A stretch of DNA of 64,000 nucleotides, taken from NCBI GenBank assembly GCA_003142795.1, contig PLNN01000024.1, forward strand, positions 1,078-65,077, given 5' to 3'. The notes beneath the pieces are model-generated. The model did not search any database and had not been told where the DNA came from. It saw only the letters and a list, made by a program, of their open reading frames with translations. Below, in pieces: positions 36,745 through 48,368 of the stretch. Source of the DNA: Candidatus Omnitrophota bacterium. Its GTDB lineage: Bacteria; Omnitrophota; Gorgyraeia; 2-01-FULL-45-10. The position numbers and the translations under genes are program-made. Within the stretch, counting starts at the first letter, position 1; each line of letters opens with the position of its first letter.

Positions 36745-39700
36745 TATATCCATTAAGAACCCGGTTTTTTCCTGGATGCTTATGGCAGCCCTTATAATAT
36801 TCGGCGCTATCAGCTATACCCGTTTGGGCGTAGGCCAGCTGCCTGACGTGGATTTTCCGATCGTGTCCATAACCCTTACCTGGGAAGGCGCCGCTCCGGA
36901 AGTAATGGAGACGGACGTCGTCGATATAGTGGAAGACTCCCTCATGAGCATCCAGGGCGTGAAGGAGGTATCAAGTTCCATAAGGCAGGGAATGGCAACA
37001 ATAACCGTTGAATTCGATCTGAATAAAAATATCGATGTCGCAGTCCAGGATGTGCAGTCAAAGATAGACCAGGCGCAGAGATCGCTTCCGAAAGATCTCG
37101 ATCCTGCCATAGTTACAAAAGTGAATCCGGAAGACAATCCTATCCTTATGCTGAGCGTGTCGTCTTCCACGATGCCGATCCGCGACATAATGACTTATGT
37201 CCAGGACCATCTTAAGGACCAGTTCGCGACCATAAACGGCGTCGGGGACATATTCCTCGGCGGGTTCGTCGACAGGAACCTGAGGATATGGGTCGATGCC
37301 GATAAATTGGAGGCGTATCAATTTACCGTACAGGATGTGATAGACGCCGTTAAGGCAGAGCATGAAGAAGTGCCTGCGGGCCGGATAGAGACACCGTCCA
37401 AAGAGTTTAACGTAAGGGTCATGGGCGAGGCCGCGACCCCTAAGGAGTTCGAGAATCTGCTCCTTCCAAAAAGGTCCGGCTTGCCCGTATTTAAGCCTAT
37501 ATATCTGAAAGAAGTGGCGACGATAGAAGACGGGCTTGCCGACGTCAGGCGCATCGCGCGTTCAAATAAACAACAGACGGTCGCGTTAGGCATCCGCAAA
37601 CAACGCGGGGCGAACGAGGTCGAGGTATCGCATAAAGTATTGAAGAAGCTGGAAGAGATAAAAAAATTCAAACCGAAGGACATAGATATAGGTATTCGTT
37701 ACAATCGGACCAAATTCAGCGAAGATTCTATCCATGAATTGACATTTACCCTTATTTTATCGGCTATAGTAACGTCTCTTGTCTGCTGGCTCTTCCTGGG
37801 ATCCTGGAGCGCTACGCTTAATATATTGCTCGCGATCCCGACATCGGTGCTCGGGACGTTCATAGTCATTTATTTCTTAGGTTTTACGCTCAACACATTT
37901 ACCGTGCTGGGGCTTTCCCTTGCCATAGGTATAGTTGTCGATGACGCGATAATGGTGCTTGAGAATATCGTGCGTTACAGGGAAAAGGGAGTTGATAAAG
38001 TCGAGGCCGCGCGCCGCGGCGCCAGGCAGATCACGTTCGCGGCCATTGCCGCCACCATTGCCCTGATAGCAATATTCCTGCCGGTAGCGTTCATGTACGG
38101 CATTATCGGAAAATTTTTCTTTCAGTATGGGGTTACTATATCGGTTGCGGTTGCGATCTCATTGCTGGAAGCACTTACGCTGGCGCCAATGAGATGCTCG
38201 CAATTCCTTGAGGTTGGGAGCCGCCATACCTTCATCGGAAAAGCTGTAGAAGAAGGATTCAAGGCTTTGGCCGTTACATACCATTCGTTCCTTGATAAGG
38301 CGTTAAATAAAAGGGCAATTATAGTCATCGTTGCGCTCATCTTTTTTGTAGCCTCGATCTTTTTACTGAAGCCGATCCGCAAAGAAATGCTTCCGTCTCA
38401 GGATATGAGCATGTTGATGTGCCGTCTTCAGACACCCGTGGGCTCGTCGATCGTGCTTACAGACGAGTGTTTCAAAAAGGCCGAAGATTATATTTCTTCG
38501 AGGCCCGAGATAGACGGATATTTTTCATTGATAGGCGGCTTCGGCGGCGGCGAAGTGAATTCCGGCATGATATTCTTAACGCTGAAAGAGCCTAATAAGA
38601 GGCCTGTAGTTCCCCCTAATAAGCGGCCTCTTACGCAAAGCGACATGATGGTGCTCCTGCGCAAAGAGCTAAATAAGATACCGGACGTGAAGGCAACGAT
38701 ACAGGACCTGTCGCTTTCCGGTTTTTCGGCCCAGAGAGGATTCCCGATAGAATTTTCTGTCAGAGGGCCGGAGTGGGAAAAATTATCGAAATACGCGACC
38801 GACATCAGGCTGGCTATGGAAAAATCCAATCTGATGATAGACGTTGACACGGACTTCCTTGCCAAGATCCCGGAAATTCGCGTCGAACCGGATAGACAGA
38901 AGGCCAATGACAGGGGCGTCAGCATCGATGCCATAGGCGGCGCCATAAACGCTCTCATAGGCGGAGAGAGAATAGGTAAATATACAAAAGGAGGCCGGCG
39001 CTATGATGTGCGCGTTCGGCTTGTGCCGTCTCAACGGACTGAAACAGAAGACATACAACGGTTGTGGGTGTGGAATAATAGGAATGAGCTCGTCCAGCTT
39101 AAGAACGTAATAACCATAACAGAGAAGCCCACTCCTTTGACTATAACACGGCGTAATAGGGAAAGGGCAATAACGATATTTGCGAACGTCGTCCCGGGAA
39201 AATCCCAGGCCGACGCGCTGAAAGAAGTAAACCGCATAGCTAAAAGTATCCTTCCTGAAGGGTACAAAACAGTATTTTCCGGGAGCACTCAGACTGCGAT
39301 CGAATCCCTTATAAGCCTTTTGATAGCGTTCGTTCTCGGGATACTGATCTCATATATGGTGCTTGCTTCGCAATTTAACAGCTACCTTCATCCTATATCG
39401 GTCTTGGTCGCTATATTTTTTGGTATATCCGGAGCGCTCCTTACTTTATGGGTATTTAATCAGTCTTTAAATATCTACAGCGCCATAGGCATAATACTTC
39501 TGATGGGTATCGTTAAAAAGAATTCCATACTTCTTGTCGACTTTACAAACCAGCAGCGAGAGCTGGGCCTTGAGGCCAAACAGGCGCTTTTAATAGCATG
39601 CCCGATCAGACTTCGGCCTATATTGATGACGTCGGTCGCAACGATCGCGGCTGCTGTTCCCCCGGCATTGGCAATAGGGCCCGGGGCCGAAACGCGCATA

Positions 39701-39850
39701 CCGATGGCTATAACGATTATTGGCGGCGTCATCGTTTCTACGTTGTTTACGTTATTTGTTGTGCCATGCGTCTACAGTCTCTTTACAAAGATCGAAAGAA
39801 AGAGCTATAAAGCGATCATCCTCGAGGAAGAACCTGCCGATAAATCCTGA
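36731..39850 (+). CDS. RND efflux transporter permease (AcrB/HAE1-like)
   Basis: 1039 aa with 12 transmembrane helices, two large periplasmic loops, and a canonical AcrB N-terminus. Confidence 0.9.
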   Translation: MTLSDISIKNPVFSWMLMAALIIFGAISYTRLGVGQLPDVDFPIVSITLTWEGAAPEVMETDVVDIVEDSLMSIQGVKEVSSSIRQGMATITVEFDLNKNIDVAVQDVQSKIDQAQRSLPKDLDPAIVTKVNPEDNPILMLSVSSSTMPIRDIMTYVQDHLKDQFATINGVGDIFLGGFVDRNLRIWVDADKLEAYQFTVQDVIDAVKAEHEEVPAGRIETPSKEFNVRVMGEAATPKEFENLLLPKRSGLPVFKPIYLKEVATIEDGLADVRRIARSNKQQTVALGIRKQRGANEVEVSHKVLKKLEEIKKFKPKDIDIGIRYNRTKFSEDSIHELTFTLILSAIVTSLVCWLFLGSWSATLNILLAIPTSVLGTFIVIYFLGFTLNTFTVLGLSLAIGIVVDDAIMVLENIVRYREKGVDKVEAARRGARQITFAAIAATIALIAIFLPVAFMYGIIGKFFFQYGVTISVAVAISLLEALTLAPMRCSQFLEVGSRHTFIGKAVEEGFKALAVTYHSFLDKALNKRAIIVIVALIFFVASIFLLKPIRKEMLPSQDMSMLMCRLQTPVGSSIVLTDECFKKAEDYISSRPEIDGYFSLIGGFGGGEVNSGMIFLTLKEPNKRPVVPPNKRPLTQSDMMVLLRKELNKIPDVKATIQDLSLSGFSAQRGFPIEFSVRGPEWEKLSKYATDIRLAMEKSNLMIDVDTDFLAKIPEIRVEPDRQKANDRGVSIDAIGGAINALIGGERIGKYTKGGRRYDVRVRLVPSQRTETEDIQRLWVWNNRNELVQLKNVITITEKPTPLTITRRNRERAITIFANVVPGKSQADALKEVNRIAKSILPEGYKTVFSGSTQTAIESLISLLIAFVLGILISYMVLASQFNSYLHPISVLVAIFFGISGALLTLWVFNQSLNIYSAIGIILLMGIVKKNSILLVDFTNQQRELGLEAKQALLIACPIRLRPILMTSVATIAAAVPPALAIGPGAETRIPMAITIIGGVIVSTLFTLFVVPCVYSLFTKIERKSYKAIILEEEPADKS

Positions 39851-39924
39851 TTTAATTATTTATCAAATTTTTGTTGACAAAAAGTAAAAGACGTGATATC
39901 CTCTCACAAAAACGGGAGGATTTT

Positions 39925-41511
39925 ATGTTTATGAAGGTTGCGTTTGCAGTGATTTTAGTAGTGATGCTGGCTGTGCCGGCATATTCGCAAGAGCTATGGG
40001 TCGGAAAAGACGGCAATATCCGCAATGTCGATTCGCGCGCTATGGTCTCGGACGGGAACCTGCTTTATCTTGCGACACGCAATGAAGTATACAAAGGTAC
40101 CGCCGGAAATGAAAAATGGGAGTCGATATTCTCCCTTGCGGCCGGCGATAATGAAGTAACGTGCCTTACCGGGAGGGGGAAGAACATACTTATAGGGACG
40201 AAGCGGGGGATATTCCGTTCCGAAGGCGGCGGGAAGGCATGGCGAAACGTCTTCAGGACGCTTTTCGCGGATAAGAGCAATATAATTTCGCTCGATACCT
40301 CTAAATATGATCTTAAGAAGGTTGCTGCGGTGACCGCAAAGGGCATATTCCTAAGTTACGATCTTGGCGAACATTGGAAAGACATAAGCGGAAATTTAAA
40401 AAATAAAAGCCTCCATTGTATCGCGCTTAATAAAGAGCTTATCTACGTCGGCGGCGAAGACGGCCTGTATGTTAAAAAAGAAGATTCTGATGCATGGGAG
40501 CGTATATGCGCGAGGTCAACGCCTGAGAGGCCCGAGGGTGAGGAAAGCGAAGAGCCCGCTGAGGAACCGGAATATAGAGGAGCGGTAAATTGTATCGCGG
40601 TTAAAGGTGCGAGCGTATATATCGGTATTGACGAAAAGATATTATACTCCGAGACCGGCGGTAAGGATTGGCGCGACTTTGAACGCCAGGGTCTGGGCGG
40701 CGTGATCAATGATATCATCATATCCAAAAAGGAAGATAAGCTGTATTGTGCTACGAGTAAAGGGGTATTTGAGTTCGACAAGGAGACATCCCGATGGCGC
40801 GAGCTATATAAAGGTATGGACAGGATCCGGGCGGTGAATGATATTGAGCTTGCCGGAGAGGAAGGAAGGTCGCTCTGGGCTTTAACGGAAAAAGGCGTAT
40901 ATAAATTCGAGCCCGGGAAATATACGGGAAACCAGTATACCGATATCGAAAATAGTCTTAAGACATTCAAGATAATCTTTGATGGCGAGCCAACCTACAC
41001 GCAGCTTGCGAAGGCTGCGATGAAATTTAACGAGGTAAGTCCCGATAAAATAGCGAAATGGAGAAAAGCCGCGCAGGTCAGGGCGCTCATGCCGAAAGTG
41101 TCGCTCGGCATGGACAAGCACCAGTCGACCAATTATGAGATATATACCAGCGCGACAAGAGATTATGTGACCAGCGGCCCGGACGATATCTATAATGCCC
41201 TGAATTTCTCAGTATCATGGGACCTGTCTAACCTCATATGGTCGGACGACCAGACTAATATAGACGTGCGCTCGCGTCTTACCACTCAGCTGAGGAATGA
41301 CATTCTCGATGATCTGAGGCGGACATACTATGAGCGCAAAAGGCTGCAGTTCGAGATCATGCAATCACCACCGCAAGACCAACGGTTGCTATTCGAAAAA
41401 CAGATGCGTATACGGGAATTGACCCAGGAGATAGATGACTTGACGGGAAATTACCTTACTGAAAATATGCGAAAGAATACCGATAAGGCGCTATTGGACG
41501 GTCGCGAGTAA
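39925..41511 (+). CDS. secreted beta-propeller (BNR/Ycf48-like repeats) protein with a C-terminal coiled coil
   Basis: The ATG at about 39925 follows GGGAGGA and gives signal peptide MFMKVAFAVILVVMLAVPAYSQ. Contains repeated G-G-K-x-W motifs. Confidence 0.5.
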   Translation: MFMKVAFAVILVVMLAVPAYSQELWVGKDGNIRNVDSRAMVSDGNLLYLATRNEVYKGTAGNEKWESIFSLAAGDNEVTCLTGRGKNILIGTKRGIFRSEGGGKAWRNVFRTLFADKSNIISLDTSKYDLKKVAAVTAKGIFLSYDLGEHWKDISGNLKNKSLHCIALNKELIYVGGEDGLYVKKEDSDAWERICARSTPERPEGEESEEPAEEPEYRGAVNCIAVKGASVYIGIDEKILYSETGGKDWRDFERQGLGGVINDIIISKKEDKLYCATSKGVFEFDKETSRWRELYKGMDRIRAVNDIELAGEEGRSLWALTEKGVYKFEPGKYTGNQYTDIENSLKTFKIIFDGEPTYTQLAKAAMKFNEVSPDKIAKWRKAAQVRALMPKVSLGMDKHQSTNYEIYTSATRDYVTSGPDDIYNALNFSVSWDLSNLIWSDDQTNIDVRSRLTTQLRNDILDDLRRTYYERKRLQFEIMQSPPQDQRLLFEKQMRIRELTQEIDDLTGNYLTENMRKNTDKALLDGRE

Positions 41512-41820
41512 TGCGTCTACCTCTGAAGGTTTTATGCGGGTAAATTCTATTCCGGCGTCTATCATGGGACTATATGTGGCAAGGCCTTCATTGACCCACC
41601 TTACCTTTCCTATTGCTTCAACGGTATTATCTTTTTCGGGATGGGATATTTTAATACGCAGGGTGTGCCCTTTTTTTATAATGCGCGATACCAGGATGCG
41701 CAGGCCGCCTTTTGAGATATCCTTAGCTATTGTAGAGCCTTCTATCGAAGCTATGCCATTTGTAGCATAGCATACCTTGAGCGAGCAATCGTAGCGGGGG
41801 AACCTTCTCCGTTCTTCCAT
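41491..41820 (-). CDS. PilZ-domain protein (c-di-GMP binding)
   Basis: RRFPR...DISKGG matches the RxxxR / DxSxGG PilZ motifs. 109 aa. This is the only clear minus-strand gene in the window. Confidence 0.75.
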   Translation of the reverse strand: MEERRRFPRYDCSLKVCYATNGIASIEGSTIAKDISKGGLRILVSRIIKKGHTLRIKISHPEKDNTVEAIGKVRWVNEGLATYSPMIDAGIEFTRIKPSEVDALLATVQ

Positions 41821-42009
41821 GTTACCTCACCTTTTATATTGAAAGTATAGCATAAAATTTCAAAAATGGTAGAGGGTAAAAAGTCCGTATAATTTTTTTT
41901 CAGGATCTATTTTTTTATCCCGACGGAAAATTTGGTTTTTCTTGTCCCGTTAGGAATCAAAAAATCTGGCTTTCTTTCTACTGTCTTAACAAAAATTGAA
42001 ACTTTTCTC

Positions 42010-42037
42010 TTGACAAAATATGGCTTGATGATATAAT
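42010..42037 (+). promoter_or_regulatory. near-consensus sigma-70 promoter for polA
   Basis: TTGACA, a 16-nt spacer, then TGaTATAAT (extended -10), about 135 nt upstream of polA. Confidence 0.45.
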
Positions 42038-42171
42038 TTATAACAGATTTGCAAGTCGAAAACCCTTTCTATAGATAGAAAATCTACTCGAAAGAAACTA
42101 AACCCCAATAGATAGCTTAAAGATGACGATATTATCCTTCTACATTCAAACCTTATAAGGCTTGCCGTATA

Positions 42172-44844
42172 ATGCCCAAGAGAAAATTATTTCTTATTGA
42201 CGGAAACTCATTCTGTTACAGGGCTTTTTATGCCATCCGTAACCTCACAAATTCTAAGGGCCAGCCTACAAATGCCATATACGGTTTTGTTACGATGCTC
42301 AATAAAATAGTGAAAGATAATGCGCCTGACATGCTTGCCGTGGCATTCGACCTTAAAGGGCCGACATTCAGGCATAAGAAGTTCGAAGAATATAAGATAC
42401 ACCGTAAGCCTATGCCCGACGACCTGGTTGGGCAGATGTCGCATATAAAAGATATGGTCCGGGCGTATAACATACCTATATATGAAGTCCAGGGATACGA
42501 GGCGGATGACGTGCTGGCAACTTTGGCGAAGAAGGCCGAAGAGCACGATATAGAGACGTTCATAGTTACCGGGGACAAGGACGCACTCCAGCTTGTCAAT
42601 CCCAACATAAAAGTTTACAGCACTCACAAGGACGGCTTTATATACGATGCCGCGAAGGTAAAAGAGGCATACGGCGTTGGACCGGAACGGATGATCGATA
42701 TTATGAGCCTGATGGGTGATGCGACCGATAATATTCCGGGCGTCAAAGGTATAGGCGAAAAGACAGCCGTGGAGCTTATAGGAGAATTTGGCTCTCTTGA
42801 CAACCTGCTGAATAATATTGATAAAATAAAGAGTGAATCAAGAAAGAAGATGCTTAAAGATAATATTGAAATGGCGCGCCTGTCGAGGGACCTGGCGGTG
42901 CTTGATATGGAAGTGCCTATAAAGATCGATTTTAAAGAACTTGAACTGAAGCCGCCGGATAATGAAAAGTTAGCGGAGATGTTCAAGGAGTTCGAGTTCA
43001 AATCGCTCCTTAAGGAATTTACTCCTAAAGGAACGCTCAAATCCATCTATGAGCTTATAGACGAAAAAAAGAAATTCGAGTCTTTGGTTGGCGAGCTTAA
43101 AGGCCTTAAAGGGTTTGTTTTCGATTTTGAAACTACGAGCCCCGATCCTATGCTGGCTGAACCTGTAGGAGTATCGTTTTCCTGGAAGATCGGTGAGGCG
43201 TATTATGTTCCTATGGCTAAATATTTGGACCGCGACGATGTGCTAAAAGCGCTCAAGCCGGTCTTTGAAGACGCGAAGATAAAAAAGACGGGGCAGAATA
43301 TTAAGTATGAATATATAGTTCTTGCGAATTGCGGCATACATTTGCAAGGCATCGCGTTCGATACGATGATCGCGTCATATCTTCTTAATCCTTCAAAATT
43401 GAATCATAACCTCGAAGACATATCCATTGAATATCTGAATCACAAGATGACGACCCCGATAGAAGAACTGCTTGGTAAGGGTAAGAATGCTATTACCATG
43501 GATAAGGTCGACGTTGACAAGGTCTGCAGTTACTGCTGCGAAGATAGCGACGTGACGCTTAGGCTAAAAGAGATACTTGAAAGGGAGATCTCGGAAAAGA
43601 ACCTCGACGTCCTTCTTTATAATGTAGAGATGCCTTTAGTGGAAGTGCTGGCCATAATGGAAATTAACGGTGTCGCGATAGATAAGGATTATCTTGGCGA
43701 CCTGTCAAAAGAGATGTCTTCAAAACTCGACAAGCTGACAGCCCATATTTATAAGATAGCGGGCGAGGAATTTAATATAAATTCGCCGAAACAGCTTTCG
43801 AAGATATTGTTCGAAAAGCTGAAATTGCCGATAGTGAAGAAGACGAAGACCGGCATATCGACCAATGAAGAGGTCCTTTTGAAACTTGCTCCTTCGCATG
43901 AGTTGCCGCAGGAGCTTCTATCATACAGGGAGCTTGCCAAGCTGAAATCGACTTATGTCGATTCACTCCCGGAGCTGATAAATCCGAAGACGGGAAGGGT
44001 CCATACTTCATTCAATCAGACAGTGACGGCAACCGGCAGGCTTTCATCAAGCGATCCAAATTTGCAGAATATCCCGATCAAGACCGAGGAAGGCAGAAAG
44101 ATAAGAAAAGCGTTCACGGCATCCGCGAAAGACGATCTATTGTTGTCGGCCGATTATTCCCAGATAGAATTGAGGATCGTGGCGCACCTGTCGGGCGACA
44201 AGTGCCTCGTTGATGCTTTTAAGTTGGGGCGCGACATTCACGCTTTTACCGCAAGCCTCGTCTTCGGCATTGAAGAAAAAGACGTTACGAGCGAGATGCG
44301 CAATATGGCAAAGACCGTGAATTTCGGCATCATATACGGCATGAGCCCGTATGGCTTGTCACAGAGTTTGAAGATAGACGTGAACAAAGCCAAAGATTTC
44401 ATAGACGCGTATTTTGACAGGTATCCCGATGTGAGACAGTATCTTGAGGGGCTGATCGCCGAGGCAAGAGAGAACGGATTTGTAACTACGCTTCTCGGAA
44501 GACGGCGCTACATCCCGGAAATAAACTCACCCGACATGCGCATAAGGCAGTTCGCGGAGAGGACCGCGGTGAATACGCCGATACAGGGCTCGGCTGCCGA
44601 CATCATTAAGGTAGCGATGATAGCGATCAATGAGAACATCTCTAAAGAAAAGCTGGAAACACGGATGACGCTGCAGGTCCATGACGAGCTTGTCTTTGAC
44701 GTTCCGAAAAAAGAGCTCAAGGCCGCCGCGGCGATCGTTAAAGAAGGAATGGAAAAGATCATAAAGTTAAAGGTACCCGTGGAGGCGCATATAGAAGTAG
44801 GACCGAATTGGCTGGAACAAGAATCGTATAAAATAGGAGAGTAG
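42172..44844 (+). CDS. polA: DNA polymerase I
   Basis: 890 aa with 5'-3' exonuclease, 3'-5' exonuclease and polymerase domains. Confidence 0.95.
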   Translation: MPKRKLFLIDGNSFCYRAFYAIRNLTNSKGQPTNAIYGFVTMLNKIVKDNAPDMLAVAFDLKGPTFRHKKFEEYKIHRKPMPDDLVGQMSHIKDMVRAYNIPIYEVQGYEADDVLATLAKKAEEHDIETFIVTGDKDALQLVNPNIKVYSTHKDGFIYDAAKVKEAYGVGPERMIDIMSLMGDATDNIPGVKGIGEKTAVELIGEFGSLDNLLNNIDKIKSESRKKMLKDNIEMARLSRDLAVLDMEVPIKIDFKELELKPPDNEKLAEMFKEFEFKSLLKEFTPKGTLKSIYELIDEKKKFESLVGELKGLKGFVFDFETTSPDPMLAEPVGVSFSWKIGEAYYVPMAKYLDRDDVLKALKPVFEDAKIKKTGQNIKYEYIVLANCGIHLQGIAFDTMIASYLLNPSKLNHNLEDISIEYLNHKMTTPIEELLGKGKNAITMDKVDVDKVCSYCCEDSDVTLRLKEILEREISEKNLDVLLYNVEMPLVEVLAIMEINGVAIDKDYLGDLSKEMSSKLDKLTAHIYKIAGEEFNINSPKQLSKILFEKLKLPIVKKTKTGISTNEEVLLKLAPSHELPQELLSYRELAKLKSTYVDSLPELINPKTGRVHTSFNQTVTATGRLSSSDPNLQNIPIKTEEGRKIRKAFTASAKDDLLLSADYSQIELRIVAHLSGDKCLVDAFKLGRDIHAFTASLVFGIEEKDVTSEMRNMAKTVNFGIIYGMSPYGLSQSLKIDVNKAKDFIDAYFDRYPDVRQYLEGLIAEARENGFVTTLLGRRRYIPEINSPDMRIRQFAERTAVNTPIQGSAADIIKVAMIAINENISKEKLETRMTLQVHDELVFDVPKKELKAAAAIVKEGMEKIIKLKVPVEAHIEVGPNWLEQESYKIGE

Positions 44845-46230
44845 ATGGAAAAGTTAAAAGTACTGTTAGCGTCAAGTGAGGTAGTACCGTTCGCGAAGAC
44901 GGGCGGGCTCGCGGATGTGGCGGGAAGCCTCCCGATCGCACTTGAAGAGATGGGCGTCGATGTCAGGGTCATCATGCCAAAATACGCTTCTGTGAAGGCG
45001 GGCGGTAATGAGGCTACTTTAGGCAAGAAAGTGAAGGTCTATTTCGTAGAGAACGACGGTTATTTCAATAGGAAAGAATTATATGGGGATAAATTCGGAG
45101 ATTATGCCGATAACCTTGATAGATTCGTCTTCTTCTCAAGGGGGATACTCGAAAGATGTAAGAAGGAAGGTTTCGCGCCGGATGTAATACATTGTAATGA
45201 CTGGCAGACGGCCCTCATCCCGGTCTATTTGAATACTATTTATAAATACGACCCGTTCTTTTCAAAAACGAAGACTTTATTAACGATCCATAATATGGCA
45301 TACCAGGGCCTGTTCGACAAGGAGCAATTCCCCAAGATAGGGCTCGACTGGGCGCTATTTTCCATAAATTATTTTGAATTTTACGGCAAGGTCAACCTGA
45401 TGAAGGCAGGCCTCATATACGCCGACGCCATATCGACGGTAAGCCCGACCTACGCCAAAGAGATACTCACGAAGGAATTCGGTTGCGGCCTCGAAGGCGT
45501 CCTGAAGACTCGGGAAAAATCTTTATACGGGATATTGAACGGCATAGATTACAACGTATGGAACCCGGCAAAAGATACCAAAATATTCAAGAAATACTCA
45601 GCTGACAACTTAGGCGATAAATACGTCAATAAGGAGAAGCTGCAGAAAGAGTTGGACCTGAAAGTCGACCGGGACATCCCGATGATCGGCCTTATCTCGC
45701 GGCTCGCGGACCAGAAAGGCCTGGACCTCCTGGCGAAAATAATAGACGAGCTTCTTAATATTAAAGTGCAATTCGTTCTTTTGGGGACGGGCGATAATAA
45801 ATATCATATCCTGATGGAAAAAATGGCAAAACGGCATCCGAAGAACACTTCTATAAATTTAAAATTTGACGCTACTCTCGCGCAGAAGATATATGCCTCA
45901 AGCGATCTATTTCTCATCCCGTCAAGATACGAACCCTGCGGCCTCGGACAAATGATAAGTTTTAAATACGGGACCATTCCGGTAGTGCGCCAGACCGGAG
46001 GCCTGAAAGACAGCGTGCAGGAATTTGATCTGAAGACCGGGAATGGCAGCGGTTTTACCTTTGAAGAATACAGGGCCGACCATTTCTTCGCAGCTATTAA
46101 AAGAGGCTTATCCGCTTATAGAAATACCGCGGCCTGGGAAGATCTGGTAAAGAAGGACATGGGGCTTGATTTTTCATGGAAAACATCTGCAAAAGATTAC
46201 ATAGATCTTTTTCGCAAGATGCTTAAATAA
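44845..46230 (+). CDS. glgA: glycogen synthase GlgA
   Basis: MEKLKVLLASSEVVPFAKTGGLADVAGSLP, the canonical KTGGL motif. Confidence 0.9.
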   Translation: MEKLKVLLASSEVVPFAKTGGLADVAGSLPIALEEMGVDVRVIMPKYASVKAGGNEATLGKKVKVYFVENDGYFNRKELYGDKFGDYADNLDRFVFFSRGILERCKKEGFAPDVIHCNDWQTALIPVYLNTIYKYDPFFSKTKTLLTIHNMAYQGLFDKEQFPKIGLDWALFSINYFEFYGKVNLMKAGLIYADAISTVSPTYAKEILTKEFGCGLEGVLKTREKSLYGILNGIDYNVWNPAKDTKIFKKYSADNLGDKYVNKEKLQKELDLKVDRDIPMIGLISRLADQKGLDLLAKIIDELLNIKVQFVLLGTGDNKYHILMEKMAKRHPKNTSINLKFDATLAQKIYASSDLFLIPSRYEPCGLGQMISFKYGTIPVVRQTGGLKDSVQEFDLKTGNGSGFTFEEYRADHFFAAIKRGLSAYRNTAAWEDLVKKDMGLDFSWKTSAKDYIDLFRKMLK

Positions 46231-46232
46231 AT

Positions 46233-46823
46233 ATGAGAACAATAGGTCTGACAGGCGGTTTTGGGACGGGCAAGACATTCGCGGCATCGATCTTCGGGCA
46301 TCTGGGCGCGCGGGTGATCGACGCAGATAAGATCGCTCACAAGGTGATCGCTAAAGGCGGGAACGCCTATAAAAGAATAGTTGCCGGGTTCGGTAAAGAT
46401 GTGCTCGACAGGCGCGGTAATATTGACCGGGCAAAACTCGCTAAGATCGTTTTCGCGAAAAAAAGCGAACTGAAGAAACTGAACGCTATTGTTCATCCCG
46501 AAGTGATAAGGTCCATAAAGGACAGCATAAAACGCTCGGACAGGAACGATATCGTAGTGATAGATGCCCCTCTCCTTATCGAGGCGGGCCTTACCGGCAT
46601 TGTCGACAAGCTGGTAGTGGTAACGGCAAAAAAGAAAAATCAGATAGAACGATGCAGTAAGAAGCTTAAAATAGGGAGAGAGGACATCCTGAAAAGGATA
46701 TCCAATCAGATACCGATGAAAAAAAAGAAGGCGTTGGCGGATTTTGTTATCGATAATGACGGTACAAGATCTGAAACGCGAGAACAGGTAAACAAAGTAT
46801 GGAGGAAGATGGTATGGAAATAG
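46233..46823 (+). CDS. coaE: dephospho-CoA kinase
   Basis: The [13 protein letters not shown]-loop. 196 aa. Confidence 0.85.
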   Translation: MRTIGLTGGFGTGKTFAASIFGHLGARVIDADKIAHKVIAKGGNAYKRIVAGFGKDVLDRRGNIDRAKLAKIVFAKKSELKKLNAIVHPEVIRSIKDSIKRSDRNDIVVIDAPLLIEAGLTGIVDKLVVVTAKKKNQIERCSKKLKIGREDILKRISNQIPMKKKKALADFVIDNDGTRSETREQVNKVWRKMVWK

Positions 46824-48061
46824 CTGAATTAAAAACAATGAGTATAGTTGAATTGACAAAGCTTGCGAAGGACCTCAGTGTGAACGGTATAAGTGGCCTG
46901 AAAAAACAGGATCTTATATTTAAGATCCTGCAGGCCAAGACCGAGAAGGAAGGTCTCATCTTCGGTGAAGGGGTGCTCGAGATATTGCCGGACGGTTTCG
47001 GTTTTTTGAGAAGCCCGGATTATAATTATCTCCCGGGGCCCGACGATATATACATATCGCCGTCGCAGATACGCAAGTTCAACCTGAGGACCGGCGATAC
47101 GGTGAGCGGCCAGATAAGGCCGCCGAAAGAGGGCGAGAGGTATTTTGCTCTTCTTAAGGTCGAGGCAGTCAATTTCGGGAATCCGGACGAGGCTAAAGAT
47201 AAGACGCTATTCGATAACCTGACCCCGCTCTATCCGGACGAAAGGTTCGTCCTTGAGACTACGCCTCAGGAAGTGTCTATGAGGATAATGGACCTCCTGA
47301 CGCCGGTAGGTAAAGGGCAGCGCGGTTTGATAGTGGCCCCGCCATACAGCGGCAAGACCGTCTTATTACAGAAATTTGCCAATGCGATAACGACAAATTA
47401 TCCGGAAGCCGTCCTTATAGTCCTCTTGATCGATGAGCGGCCTGAGGAAGTCACTGATATGCAGCGCTCGGTCAAGGGCGAGGTCATAAGCTCCACTTTC
47501 GATGAACCCTCAGAACGCCATATTCAGGTAGCTGAGATAGTCCTCGAGAAGGCAAAGAGGCTTATCGAAAATAAGAAGGATGTAGTCATACTTCTCGATT
47601 CGATCACGCGCCTTGCGCGCGCGTATAACTCGTGCGTGCCGCATTCCGGCAAGATCCTGTCCGGCGGCGTAGATTCGAACGCCCTGCAGAAGCCGAAACG
47701 TTTCCTGGGGGCAGCGCGTAATATAGAAGAGGGAGGAAGCCTCACTATAATAGCTACCGCTCTTGTTGATACGGGCTCGAGGATGGATGAAGTCATTTTC
47801 GAAGAGTTTAAAGGGACGGGCAACATGGAATTACAGCTCGACCGCAATCTCTTCCAGAAGAGGATATATCCTGCTATCGATATAAAACGCTCGAATACGA
47901 GGAAAGAGGAACTTCTCGTCCATCCCGATGAGTTGAAGCGCATATGGCTGATGAGGAAAGTGCTCAATGAGCTCAATACCGACGAGGCCATGCAGCTTCT
48001 GATAGAGAAGCTTTCGAAGACGAAGACGAACGCGGAATTTTTAATGTCGATGAATAAGTAA
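46814..48061 (+). CDS. rho: transcription termination factor Rho
   Basis: N-terminal RNA-binding and cold-shock-like domain, then RecA-like ATPase (Walker A GKT, Q/R loops). The ATG at 46814 follows GGAGG. Confidence 0.9.
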   Translation: MEIAELKTMSIVELTKLAKDLSVNGISGLKKQDLIFKILQAKTEKEGLIFGEGVLEILPDGFGFLRSPDYNYLPGPDDIYISPSQIRKFNLRTGDTVSGQIRPPKEGERYFALLKVEAVNFGNPDEAKDKTLFDNLTPLYPDERFVLETTPQEVSMRIMDLLTPVGKGQRGLIVAPPYSGKTVLLQKFANAITTNYPEAVLIVLLIDERPEEVTDMQRSVKGEVISSTFDEPSERHIQVAEIVLEKAKRLIENKKDVVILLDSITRLARAYNSCVPHSGKILSGGVDSNALQKPKRFLGAARNIEEGGSLTIIATALVDTGSRMDEVIFEEFKGTGNMELQLDRNLFQKRIYPAIDIKRSNTRKEELLVHPDELKRIWLMRKVLNELNTDEAMQLLIEKLSKTKTNAEFLMSMNK

Positions 48062-48086
48062 AACTGATAAAAAAAGGAGAAGCAAA

Positions 48087-48362
48087 ATGAAAGACAAGAT
48101 CCATCCGGAGTATAAAGAAGCGACTATTGCGTGCGTATGCGGGAACGTGATACACACGCGCTCGACGAAGCCGACCATTCACGTCGACATCTGCTCGAAT
48201 TGCCACCCGTTCTTTACCGGCAAGCAGAAACTGATCGATTCGGCAGGCCGCGTCGAGAAGTTCGCGAAACGTTACGCCGGCAAAGTGAAGCCGCGCAAGG
48301 TGAAGGCCGTAGAAGAGACGGCGCCAAAAACGGAAGCTAAAAAAGAAGAAAAGTCAGCTTAA
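48087..48362 (+). CDS. rpmE: 50S ribosomal protein L31 (with Lys-rich C-terminal tail)
   Basis: [20 protein letters not shown]...[13 protein letters not shown]. Confidence 0.9.
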   Translation: MKDKIHPEYKEATIACVCGNVIHTRSTKPTIHVDICSNCHPFFTGKQKLIDSAGRVEKFAKRYAGKVKPRKVKAVEETAPKTEAKKEEKSA

Positions 48363-48368
48363 AGGCTC

